From contig JAHPZI010000016.1 in assembly GCA_019058295.1 (NCBI GenBank), positions 39,294-57,920 of the forward strand: a stretch of DNA of 18,627 bases. The letters run 5' to 3'. Made by a program: the position numbers and the translations under genes. The stretch comes from Promethearchaeota archaeon. Its GTDB lineage: Archaea > Asgardarchaeota > Lokiarchaeia > Sigyniarchaeales > SOKP01. Position 1 is the stretch's first letter, and each line of letters starts with the position of its first letter. This document shows positions 1 to 8,257 of the stretch, piece by piece. The notes below the pieces were generated by a model. That model saw nothing but the letters and a program-made list of their open reading frames with translations. It made no database searches and was not told where the DNA came from.

Positions 1-676
1 TCCCGGACATCCACGTCCACTCCTTTGAGGTGATGTTAAATCTCCAGAGGTCATTTAGCGACGCACTACTACCCAATTCGGGATACCCAGAACCTCCAAA
101 TAACCATAAATTACCGTCTGTATCCGTCCAAGAGCCAAGACTGTGTCTACTTCCCGGATAATTCGCCACATCAGGAACTCCCTTCGTGCCATATTCACCA
201 TTCTGATTTCTGGTTTTATTCCCGGACATCCACGTCCACTCCTTTGAGGTGATGTTAAATCTCCAGAGGTCATTCAACATTCCATAATCACCCGATTCGG
301 GATACCCAGTTCCTCCAAATAACCATAAATTACCGTCCTTATCCGTCGAAGAGACAGAACTGTGTCTACTTCCCGGATAATTCGCCTCATCAGGAACTCC
401 CTTCGTGCCGTAAACACCATTTTCATCTACGATGTTACTCCCTGACATCCATGCCCACTCCTTTGAGGTGATGTTAAATTTCCAGAGGTCATTCAGCCGC
501 CCAAATCCACCTGATTTGGGATACCCATGACCTCCGAATAACCATAAATTGCTGTCCGTATCCGTCCAAGAAACAGAACTGTGTCTACTTCCTGGATAAT
601 TCGCCTCATCAGGGACTCCCTTCGTGCCGTAAACACCATTTTCATCTGTGGTGTTACTCCCCGACATCCACGCCCA
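1..676. repeat. Intragenic tandem repeat, 219-bp period, at least 3 full copies plus part of a fourth
   Basis: The motif tccc(g/t/c)gacatcca starts at 1, 220, 439 and 658 (exact 219-bp spacing); positions 1-55 and 220-274 are identical. Confidence 0.97.
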
Positions 677-853
677 ATCATAGGTCGGTCTATGAAAACA
701 CGATGTGCTTAAGGTCCCTGCATCCCTAAACCCTACGGCATCATCAGCAGAGATAGGTGTTGAGAAGATTGATGCTGTTAATATCATGAGGAACAAGACA
801 AGGATAAAATTAATCCCTATTACTTTATTTTTATGTTTATTTAAGCTAAACAT
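1..853 (-). CDS. Secreted Kelch-repeat (beta-propeller) protein, partial (runs off the left edge); not in the ORF track
   Basis: Hand translation from ATG 853 (AGAGGA upstream; alternative in-frame ATG at 874) is open to position 2: MFSLNKHKNKVIGINFILVLFLMILTASIFSTPISA-DD (signal-peptide-like), then 73-aa repeats W(A/T)WMSG..G.YGTKGVPD.ANYPGSRHS..S.TD.D.NLWLFGG.GYP......LNDLW(K/R)FNITSKE, with the Kelch hallmarks LWLFGG, NDLW and terminal W. Confidence 0.9.
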   Translation of the reverse strand, partial: MFSLNKHKNKVIGINFILVLFLMILTASIFSTPISADDAVGFRDAGTLSTSCFHRPTYDWAWMSGSNTTDENGVYGTKGVPDEANYPGSRHSSVSWTDTDSNLWLFGGHGYPKSGGFGRLNDLWKFNITSKEWAWMSGSNIVDENGVYGTKGVPDEANYPGSRHSSVSSTDKDGNLWLFGGTGYPESGDYGMLNDLWRFNITSKEWTWMSGNKTRNQNGEYGTKGVPDVANYPGSRHSLGSWTDTDGNLWLFGGSGYPELGSSASLNDLWRFNITSKEWTWMSG

Positions 854-1044
854 TATTTTTCCTCTGTTTTTCATGGACAAAATATTAATAATTAGTAAGA
901 AAGTAATATTTTTTTCTAATTATATTGACTTAAGATAAATATTTATGAATCCTTATTTAAATGTATCAAGAAAGATTTTGTATAATACGTTTTTCAAAAC
1001 TAAATTCTTATCCACGAGGTTATTTGGTTATAAGAAATATTGGA

Positions 1045-1090
1045 AAATCTCGATTTATTTTGAATATAATAAGCAAATCATGATTTATTT
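1045..1090. promoter_or_regulatory. Pair of palindromic AAATC-N2-GATTT(ATTT) sites, possible transcription-factor operator
   Basis: AAATCTCGATTTATTT at 1045-1060 and AAATCATGATTTATTT at 1075-1090, 30 bp apart, in the intergenic region upstream of the Kelch gene. Confidence 0.3.
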
Positions 1091-1189
1091 CTGGTTTTTG
1101 GGGGATAAAAAATTTATTTTTGTTTAATGTTTTAATAAACCCCCAATAAGAATGGTAAGAATTTTCAGCTATTTTAAGGTTTAAATTTT

Positions 1190-1921
1190 CTATATCTCAT
1201 TAATTTTTTTCTGAGGATTTTTCTTATGTCCAAATAATATTTCTTGGTTCTTTTTAATAAAGCTCCATCCAAAACCTTTTAGAGTTTCCAAAGGACCTCT
1301 AATACCTTTTGGATTGTTCGTGCGAGTATATAGAATTTCTGTTTTTTTTATTGCTTTAAAAACATTATGAGGAGTTTTAAATTTTTCAATTAAAGCTTTT
1401 GCCTTTTTTGGGCCAATATCAATTAGACCTTCAATTATAAACGACCTTCTATCCTTTTTGGACATTTCTTTAGGAGCTCTTCTTGACAAGAGAGGCATGT
1501 CGTCCTTAATTTGTTCACGGTACGCGATTCTTTCAATAACAATAGCCGTATCTTCAAGATTTCTAGTAGGGATAACGGAAATTCCTAATTTATATGACAC
1601 GAAGGAAAGCGCCCCATATATTGACGAAATTTTCATTCCTGTATTTTCAAAAACCTCGTCGTTTAAACCTTCTAATATAAGAATTGGATTTGCATAAGTT
1701 TCTTTTAAACGTAAAAGTTGTTCAAACAATCGATTATCCATTATTGAGCTTACAAAATCAAATCCTTCTTTTCGTTCTATAGCAACAGTATTAGAAACGA
1801 TCACATCAGCAATATCAAGTTGTTTTGACTCATATTGAATTATATCCTTTCTTTGGTCAAAAAATTCTTTCAATTTATGTTCTCGATGGTCAATTATTAT
1901 ATGAAGCAACTTATTACTCAT
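1190..1921 (-). CDS. xpf: ERCC4-domain structure-specific endonuclease (short XPF/Mus81-type) with helix-hairpin-helix region
   Basis: IIDHRE start, ADVIV..VAIERKEGFDFVSSIMDNRLFEQL (ERKxxxD motif), ILILEG, HhH motifs (IDIGPKKAKAL; LKGFG); no helicase domain. Confidence 0.88.
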   Translation of the reverse strand: MSNKLLHIIIDHREHKLKEFFDQRKDIIQYESKQLDIADVIVSNTVAIERKEGFDFVSSIMDNRLFEQLLRLKETYANPILILEGLNDEVFENTGMKISSIYGALSFVSYKLGISVIPTRNLEDTAIVIERIAYREQIKDDMPLLSRRAPKEMSKKDRRSFIIEGLIDIGPKKAKALIEKFKTPHNVFKAIKKTEILYTRTNNPKGIRGPLETLKGFGWSFIKKNQEILFGHKKNPQKKINEI

Positions 1922-1993
1922 AATTTCATTAAGTATTATTTATATTAGAATTATATTAGAACAATATATTTTCGCTTTCAAAGTTTAAAAAGG

Positions 1994-2002
1994 AAAAAAA
2001 AA
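1994..2002 (-). terminator. Oligo-T tract (archaeal-type terminator) after the hydrolase gene
   Basis: A9 on the + strand (T9 on the - strand), about 35 nt downstream of the stop at 2036. Confidence 0.35.
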
Positions 2003-2035
2003 GTGTAAGTGCAAAATCTAATGTTCACAAGACAG

Positions 2036-2581
2036 TTAATCTTCTGAAATTATAATTTCCGTATCTTCCTTTATTGAATAAATAACTGCTTTTGGATTTG
2101 TTCTAAGATAATCTGCTATATCTTTAAAGCTATATAATTTATTTCTTATTAGAATAAAAAATAGTAATCCTAAACCAATTATTTCTGTTGCTTGTACAAC
2201 TGGATTGGTAAGTATTGCATTTATCCAATAGGGAATAGGATCATGAATGTATTTGAAATCATATGATATAAAAGGATAAAAGAGCGGAACATTTGGTAAA
2301 TCTAAAAGTAAATGAATAAGCGTACCGATTAAAAAAGGAAACGATACTGCTTTATTCCCTTTAGTTAATAAAAATAAAATACCAAAACAGAGAAAAAGAA
2401 TGAATAACGAATGAAAATACCCCCTACCATTAATCAACTTTAAAAACATTAAAGATTTATCTGCAATATCAGGAAACATAGACCCAATGATTAATGCTAA
2501 CCTATTAACTCTATATTTTTTCTTTATTTGAGGAATCTCAAAAATTATTAAAGGTACTGCTATATGAAAGAGGGGAAAAAT
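2036..2581 (-). CDS. Membrane-bound metal-dependent hydrolase (YdjM/LexA-binding-like family), about 181 aa with a probable ATT start
   Basis: The frame stays open 34 codons upstream of the tracked ATG 2479: IFPLFHIAVPLIIFEIPQIKKKYRVNRLALIIGSMFPDIADK. This restores the family's N-terminal His ahead of the PD, R..FHS and HLLLD motifs. GGAGTGA lies 6 nt upstream of ATT 2581; an in-frame TGA lies at 2590-2588. Confidence 0.78.
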   Translation of the reverse strand: MFPLFHIAVPLIIFEIPQIKKKYRVNRLALIIGSMFPDIADKSLMFLKLINGRGYFHSLFILFLCFGILFLLTKGNKAVSFPFLIGTLIHLLLDLPNVPLFYPFISYDFKYIHDPIPYWINAILTNPVVQATEIIGLGLLFFILIRNKLYSFKDIADYLRTNPKAVIYSIKEDTEIIISED

Positions 2582-2582
2582 T

Positions 2583-3896
2583 TTAAATCACTCCAAAAAT
2601 TCTTATGAACCATTTTAAGATTAAATCAAAATAATAGATTAAGTAAAATAATATTATAAAAAATATAAAGTATTCAATTGAAATTCCTAAAGCTTTTAGC
2701 ATGATTTGATTATAAGATCCTAATTTTTTCTCTTTTTTGAACATATCCGAAATTAATATAGTTCCCGAACCTTGAGATATATTTTGATATCCTAAATTTA
2801 AACATCCCTTTTTGATTAAAGTATACATTTTGAAATATGACATTTCAGGATTAGATTCTTTAATTAGGGCTATTAATCCAGCACATATTGCTGCAGATAC
2901 GCTCGTACCTGATATACTTAATCGAACTCCTTCTGATAATGGAATTTCTATTTTAGAACCAGGCAAACAAAAGTCAGGCTTTATTCTTCCGTCTAGTGTT
3001 GGACCTCGTCCACTAAAATAAGATATTTTTTTATCTTTTGTATAAGAACCAATCGTAATGACCTTTTCTGCTGCTGAAGGGCTTCCAATTGTATATGATT
3101 CTGGACCAAAATTACCAGCTGGACATACTATTATCATTCCTTTATCGACTAGTAAATTGCAGCATAAAGAAAGAAAATCATTTCCATCCGAAGGATGTAA
3201 TGTTGTAAAAGGTATTAAGATAATATCTACCTTGATATTGTTTTGAACAATATAATCAAAAACACCCAGAATGTCAGAGAAGAAATATTGTTCTTTGGAA
3301 TTTGAAATGTCAAAATCAATTATTTTAGCATCTGGAGCAATACCTATAATGTTTTTATTTTCGTCTTGAAATTGATTCACAATAATATTTGCCATCAAGG
3401 TTCCATGTGTTATTTTTTCCTTTTTATTACGTTCATTTAAAGAATAATGAGTTATTTTTACACCCTTAAATGAATCATACACTCGATTTATGCCATTATC
3501 AATAATTCCAATTATAATGTCTTTTCCCAAAGAATGCTTTTTAGATCGTCGATAATTATTTAACCCTATATCTTCAATGACATGAAGCATTGAAAGGTAT
3601 AATTTTTGATTTTCCTCAATTCTTTTTATTAAATTGTTATCTTTTAAGGTTTGAATTTGATCTCTCGTTAAATTCAAAGAAATAGATGGAATTAAATCGA
3701 ATTGCTTTAAAATTTCTAAATTTTTATTTTTGAGTACAAATTCATCTCGTTTCGAGATATCCTTAAAAGATATAATTATACGGAATTTTTCAATTTTTAC
3801 AGATTTATCATCCTCGTCAAAAATTTCTAAGAATTGATTTTTAGTCTGATTTTCAAGCTTTTTTAGAAAAAGGGGATAAATCTTTTCTGAATTCAT
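2583..3896 (-). CDS. S8 subtilisin-like serine protease with N-terminal prodomain and C-terminal transmembrane anchor
   Basis: Catalytic motifs IGIIDNGI (Asp), HGTLMA (His), AGNFG (oxyanion Asn) and SGTSVS (Ser), plus FSGRGPTLDGRIKPD; hydrophobic C-terminus YFIFFIILFYLIYYF; no N-terminal hydrophobic signal. Confidence 0.9.
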   Translation of the reverse strand: MNSEKIYPLFLKKLENQTKNQFLEIFDEDDKSVKIEKFRIIISFKDISKRDEFVLKNKNLEILKQFDLIPSISLNLTRDQIQTLKDNNLIKRIEENQKLYLSMLHVIEDIGLNNYRRSKKHSLGKDIIIGIIDNGINRVYDSFKGVKITHYSLNERNKKEKITHGTLMANIIVNQFQDENKNIIGIAPDAKIIDFDISNSKEQYFFSDILGVFDYIVQNNIKVDIILIPFTTLHPSDGNDFLSLCCNLLVDKGMIIVCPAGNFGPESYTIGSPSAAEKVITIGSYTKDKKISYFSGRGPTLDGRIKPDFCLPGSKIEIPLSEGVRLSISGTSVSAAICAGLIALIKESNPEMSYFKMYTLIKKGCLNLGYQNISQGSGTILISDMFKKEKKLGSYNQIMLKALGISIEYFIFFIILFYLIYYFDLILKWFIRIFGVI

Positions 3897-3994
3897 TTTT
3901 AGGCAATTAAAATAGTAGATATCTTTTATGTATTTATTAAATATTATTCATAAAAATTTGTTGTCTTAATTAAATATTATTCATTAGATGTAAT

Positions 3995-5098
3995 ATGCCA
4001 ACATTTGGACATATCTTTTATGGATTAAGTCTTCTCATCCCGATTTTGTATTTTACAAAAAAAGAGGATGGTTTCAACTATAAAGTTGCTTTTATTTTTC
4101 TTGCTAATAATATCTTTGGGCCAGATATCGTACATCTTCTTTTTATAATACCAACTCACAGTATTATCGGTTTTGCGATTTTAGCTATCCCTTTATCGTT
4201 GGTCTATTCCTATTCTTCAAGATTCTCTCTAATAAGTTCGGAAAAAAAGTTCTTTCCTTTAAAATTTGTTGATGAGGGAATTAGAGAAGTAAATTGGAAA
4301 AATTCTTACTGTATTACTGTAGCTGGAGGCATTTCCCATTTTTTTATAGATCAATTTTATCATTTTGAAAAGAAAATGTACCTATGGCCTGGAATAAGTA
4401 TTCATCATGATCAGATGCTTGCCTGGGGAGGAGCTGCTTATCATACAGTAACACCCTTAATAATTATTGGTGAGATAATTGTAGTAGCAACTATATTGTT
4501 GTCCTTATTCTATTTTAGGAAAGGAAGCAAAGAAACATTCATAGTATTAGTTTTAGTAACGTTAATATCAATTGCTCTAATGATTTTTATCTCAACTGAT
4601 GTATACGGGGGTGAACGAGAATTTGGTGTAATTGTTCATTGTGTTGTTTATGTCTTAATCCCCCTTTTTCTGCTGATGTATGCTGCTCGAGATGTACGAG
4701 ATAATCCGAATGAAACCCCTGAAGTACAAAAAATTAATAGAAAAACTCTCTTGAATATCGTTGCCATTATTTCCATATTGATTGCGCTATTTTTTATTGT
4801 ATATTCTTATTTTGCCATAAGATATGCTGATATTATTGCTTCTAGGTTTGGTGAAAAACCAACACAGAGCACTAGTGAAATCGCAACTTCAGTTGTTATT
4901 ATTGGTTACATTTTACTCGTTGTTTCAATAATATTGCTTATAGGCTCAATAGGTTTATTCTTTAAAATTAACATATGTCGCTACATTGTAATTGCAATTT
5001 GTTGCGAACTTCTCATTTTTGGATTTCCAGTCGCAATAGCCTTTTTCTTGTGTGAGAAAGATATAAAAGCGTTATTTGGTAAAGAATTAGAAGATTAA
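3995..5098 (+). CDS. Polytopic membrane protein with an N-terminal YdjM-like metal-dependent hydrolase motif set
   Basis: GHIFYG ... GPDIVH ... THS ... SHFFID pattern followed by about 6 further hydrophobic segments. Confidence 0.65.
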   Translation: MPTFGHIFYGLSLLIPILYFTKKEDGFNYKVAFIFLANNIFGPDIVHLLFIIPTHSIIGFAILAIPLSLVYSYSSRFSLISSEKKFFPLKFVDEGIREVNWKNSYCITVAGGISHFFIDQFYHFEKKMYLWPGISIHHDQMLAWGGAAYHTVTPLIIIGEIIVVATILLSLFYFRKGSKETFIVLVLVTLISIALMIFISTDVYGGEREFGVIVHCVVYVLIPLFLLMYAARDVRDNPNETPEVQKINRKTLLNIVAIISILIALFFIVYSYFAIRYADIIASRFGEKPTQSTSEIATSVVIIGYILLVVSIILLIGSIGLFFKINICRYIVIAICCELLIFGFPVAIAFFLCEKDIKALFGKELED

Positions 5099-5129
5099 TT
5101 TTAAATTTTATTTTTTTTCTATTTTTTAA

Positions 5130-5942
5130 TTAATCAAACTTGAATTCTTTTAATATTTCCTCAACCGTATAATTATTATGGATTATTTTTGCGATGGCTT
5201 TAACTAATTGAGTTGGATCATCTGCTTGAAACACATTTCTTCCAAAAGCCACTCCTGCGCTGCCTGCTTGAATCGAGTCATAAACCATATGAAGTAGTTC
5301 TGGAATTGTATCCATTTTTGGACCTCCAGCAATTATTACAGGAATATCTACTCCCTTCACAATGTATTTGAAACTTTCTATATCCCCCGTATAATTGGTT
5401 TTCACGATATCCGCACCTAACTCAGCTCCTACTCTTACTGCTATATTTACTACTTCGGGGTCATTTTCATTTGATATTTTACCCCCTCGTGGATACATCA
5501 TAGCTATCAATGGTACACCCCATTCTCTTGATGATTCTACAACCTTGTGAGCGTCTTGAAGCATTTCAGGTTCCTCATCAGCACCAAGATTAATATGAAT
5601 TGAAACTCCATCAGCACCCAACTTTAAAGCTCTTTCTACTGAACATACGAGGACTTTCCTATTAGGCAGCGGAGATAATGATGTAGAACCTGAGAGGTGA
5701 ATTATCAATCCGATATCTTTACCGCTGTGTCGATGGCCTGCACCCACTATTCCAGAATGCATTAATACTGCATTTGCTCCGCCTAAAGCAACCTTATCCA
5801 CCATTTCGGCCATATTCTCTAAGCCTTTGATTGTTCCCATTGTTAAACCATGATCCATAGGGATAATAATGGTTCTTTTTGTGTCTCGATTTATAATCCT
5901 TTCCATCCGTATGTTCTTACCAATATCAGGAATAAATAGCAC
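5130..5942 (-). CDS. aroA': Class I DhnA-family aldolase, most similar in pattern to 2-amino-3,7-dideoxy-D-threo-hept-6-ulosonate synthase
   Basis: [42 protein letters not shown] (Schiff-base Lys), AGGPK, GRNVFQ. The real start may be ATT at 5933. Confidence 0.8.
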   Translation of the reverse strand: MLFIPDIGKNIRMERIINRDTKRTIIIPMDHGLTMGTIKGLENMAEMVDKVALGGANAVLMHSGIVGAGHRHSGKDIGLIIHLSGSTSLSPLPNRKVLVCSVERALKLGADGVSIHINLGADEEPEMLQDAHKVVESSREWGVPLIAMMYPRGGKISNENDPEVVNIAVRVGAELGADIVKTNYTGDIESFKYIVKGVDIPVIIAGGPKMDTIPELLHMVYDSIQAGSAGVAFGRNVFQADDPTQLVKAIAKIIHNNYTVEEILKEFKFD

Positions 5943-6037
5943 CTTCTTTATTAATTTTTGATGTAAATAATATTAGTTTTTCATTATTAATGTAAAGTAT
6001 AATTTAGAATTTTATTTAAAATAATATTATAACAAAA

Positions 6038-7624
6038 TTACCAAGGTCTTCTGATATATGAATTTCTTGGTATTTTTACTTTATTAGGATAATCAATATT
6101 GAAATGAGTGCCTCTACTTTCCTTCCTGCTCATAGCACATCTTATAATTATTTCAGCCACCATCGATAAATTTCTTAATTCCACTAAATTTTTTTCGATT
6201 TGGTAATTCCAATAATAATAATCAATTTCATCTGAAAAGAGGTTCATTCTTTTCAAAGCTCTCTTTAATCTTCTTTCTGATCTAACAATTCCAACTAGAT
6301 TCTGCATTGAGATTCTTATTTCATCCCAATTTTGTGTTATAACAACACCTTCAGTTGATGGTATGGCACTTCCTATTTCCCATTCTTCAAATTCAATAAT
6401 CTTTCTGTCCTTGACTTCATTAGCGATTGTAATTGCGCATTGATGTGCACATACAATACCTTCCAACAATGAATTACTAGCTAAACGATTTGCCCCGTGT
6501 AAGCCTGTACATGCGGATTCACCAATAACAAATAAATTCTTTATCTCAGTCTTTCCATCAATTCCGGCAACTACTCCTCCACAACAATAATGTGCTGCAG
6601 GAACAACTGGAATAGCCTCCTCGGTTATATCTATATTAAATTCTAAACAATTCTCATAGATCCCAGGAAAATGGCTTTTTATAAAATCTGAATCTTTATA
6701 TGAAGCAATATCTAATAAAACATGATCATCTCCAGATTCTTTTAATTCAGCGTCTATAGCCCTCGAGACAATATCCCTAGGTGCTAATTCTTTTAGAGGA
6801 TGATACTTTTCCATAAAGAAGTTGCCTGATAAGTCTTTTAATTTAGCGCCTTCACCACGCATTGCTTCTGTAATTAAAAAATTTTTCGCAAATGGATGGT
6901 AGAGACAAGTGGGATGGAATTGAAAAAATTCCATATTTGAGATCATAGCCCCAGCTCGATATGCCATCGCTATTCCATCTCCCGAAGCGACATCTGGATT
7001 TGTAGTGTATAAGTAAATTTTACCTGAACCTCCCGTAGCTAATATGGTAGCTTTAGCTGCAATATTGTGAATCTCTCCCGTAATGTCATTCAGGATATAA
7101 GCACCATAGCATTTAGAGTTTTTTGAGTATAAGTTTACAGCACACCATTTCTCCTTTATTTCTACATTCTTACAGGTTTTTACTTTTTCTATTAATTTAG
7201 ATTCAATACTTTGTCCAGTTAAATCGTTCACATGTAGAATCCTTCGTTCTGAATGACCTCCTTCTTGCCCCAGCTCGTATTCTCCATTTTCATTTCTTGT
7301 AAATTCCACACCCAAATTAATTAATTCTTTTATCCGTTCAGGAGCGTTAGATATTATCTGTCTTACAATATTTTCATCGCATAGACCATCTCCAGCAATT
7401 AAAGTGTCTTGAACGTGTTTCTCAATATTATCGTTTTCGTTCCAAACGCAAGCGATTCCACCTTGTGCTTGATAGGTATTACAATCCTCTAATTTTTCTT
7501 TAGTTATTAGTAAAATATTACTATCTTTGGCCAAATTACTTAATTTAATAGCTAATGATAAACCTGAAATACCTCCACCTACTATTAAAATATCAGTTTT
7601 AAGCTTCAAAAAATCTCTTACCAA
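6038..7624 (-). CDS. nadB: L-aspartate oxidase
   Basis: GGGISG FAD motif, AQGGIA, EGGHSERRILH, QFHPT, LITEAMRGEG, LAPRDIVSRAI, HYCCGG, GLHGANRLASNSLLEG, ESRGTH; TTG start. Confidence 0.95.
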   Translation of the reverse strand: MVRDFLKLKTDILIVGGGISGLSLAIKLSNLAKDSNILLITKEKLEDCNTYQAQGGIACVWNENDNIEKHVQDTLIAGDGLCDENIVRQIISNAPERIKELINLGVEFTRNENGEYELGQEGGHSERRILHVNDLTGQSIESKLIEKVKTCKNVEIKEKWCAVNLYSKNSKCYGAYILNDITGEIHNIAAKATILATGGSGKIYLYTTNPDVASGDGIAMAYRAGAMISNMEFFQFHPTCLYHPFAKNFLITEAMRGEGAKLKDLSGNFFMEKYHPLKELAPRDIVSRAIDAELKESGDDHVLLDIASYKDSDFIKSHFPGIYENCLEFNIDITEEAIPVVPAAHYCCGGVVAGIDGKTEIKNLFVIGESACTGLHGANRLASNSLLEGIVCAHQCAITIANEVKDRKIIEFEEWEIGSAIPSTEGVVITQNWDEIRISMQNLVGIVRSERRLKRALKRMNLFSDEIDYYYWNYQIEKNLVELRNLSMVAEIIIRCAMSRKESRGTHFNIDYPNKVKIPRNSYIRRPW

Positions 7625-7738
7625 TAATCTATTTCTTCTGATTTAATCAAAATTTTCAGTAATCTAATTAAAACTTTATTTTAAATAGAATTAATCATAA
7701 TTTTTTTTTAAATTAATGTATTTTTTCAATAGAAAGGT

Positions 7739-8239
7739 ATGGGAAAGATAAAAAATGTTCTCTTTTTATGTAGCGGAAACACTTCAAGGAGTCCTGCCGC
7801 TGAGTATATCGCAAAATGGCTAAAAGAGACAAAATATAAAGCTGAATTAAAAGATGTAATTTTTGACTCCGCTGGGCTCTATAGCTATTATAAAACTCCA
7901 CGAGAAGGAACTGCTAACTATCTTAAATCTAAAAATATCAATTTCAGTGATTTTGAAGGAAAACAAATCACTGCTGACTTAATTAAAAAACAGGATTTAA
8001 TTTTAGGATTTGAAGAAAAGTGGCATGTAAGAAAACTTAAAAGAAGATTTAAGAATCTTAAAGAATTGGAAAATAAAACTTTCATATTATTAGATTTTGC
8101 TGAGATTAGCAAAAATAATATAGAAATTCCTGATCCTATTAATTTTGAACCTGAAGATTATAAAAGAACATTAGAAAGAATTGAAGAGGGAGTAACAAAA
8201 GCCTTGCTTAAAATAATTGAAATTAATAAAAAATCATAA
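7739..8239 (+). CDS. Low-molecular-weight protein phosphatase (LMW-PTP fold), copy 1
   Basis: P-loop VLFLCSGNTSRSPAAE, SAG, DLIL, and general-acid loop IPDP. Confidence 0.9.
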   Translation: MGKIKNVLFLCSGNTSRSPAAEYIAKWLKETKYKAELKDVIFDSAGLYSYYKTPREGTANYLKSKNINFSDFEGKQITADLIKKQDLILGFEEKWHVRKLKRRFKNLKELENKTFILLDFAEISKNNIEIPDPINFEPEDYKRTLERIEEGVTKALLKIIEINKKS

Positions 8240-8257
8240 TGAAGATGATAATTTAAT

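Noticed and set aside
1-676. CRISPR array or non-coding repeat
   Set aside because: The period is 219 bp (a multiple of 3), similarity extends over the whole unit, and one minus-strand frame is open and encodes Kelch blades.
1-676. Diversity-generating retroelement TR/VR pair
   Set aside because: Differences are not restricted to adenines, all copies are in-frame parts of one gene, and there is no reverse transcriptase in the window.
1008-1016. DnaA-box-like TTATCCACG
   Set aside because: A single imperfect copy in an archaeal context; no ORB elements or cdc6 gene seen.
55-1127. Tracked ORFs 55..273, 493..681, 705..938 and 945..1127
   Set aside because: The first three are alternative-frame or antisense shadows of the Kelch gene; the last is AT-rich intergenic sequence with no recognisable protein features.
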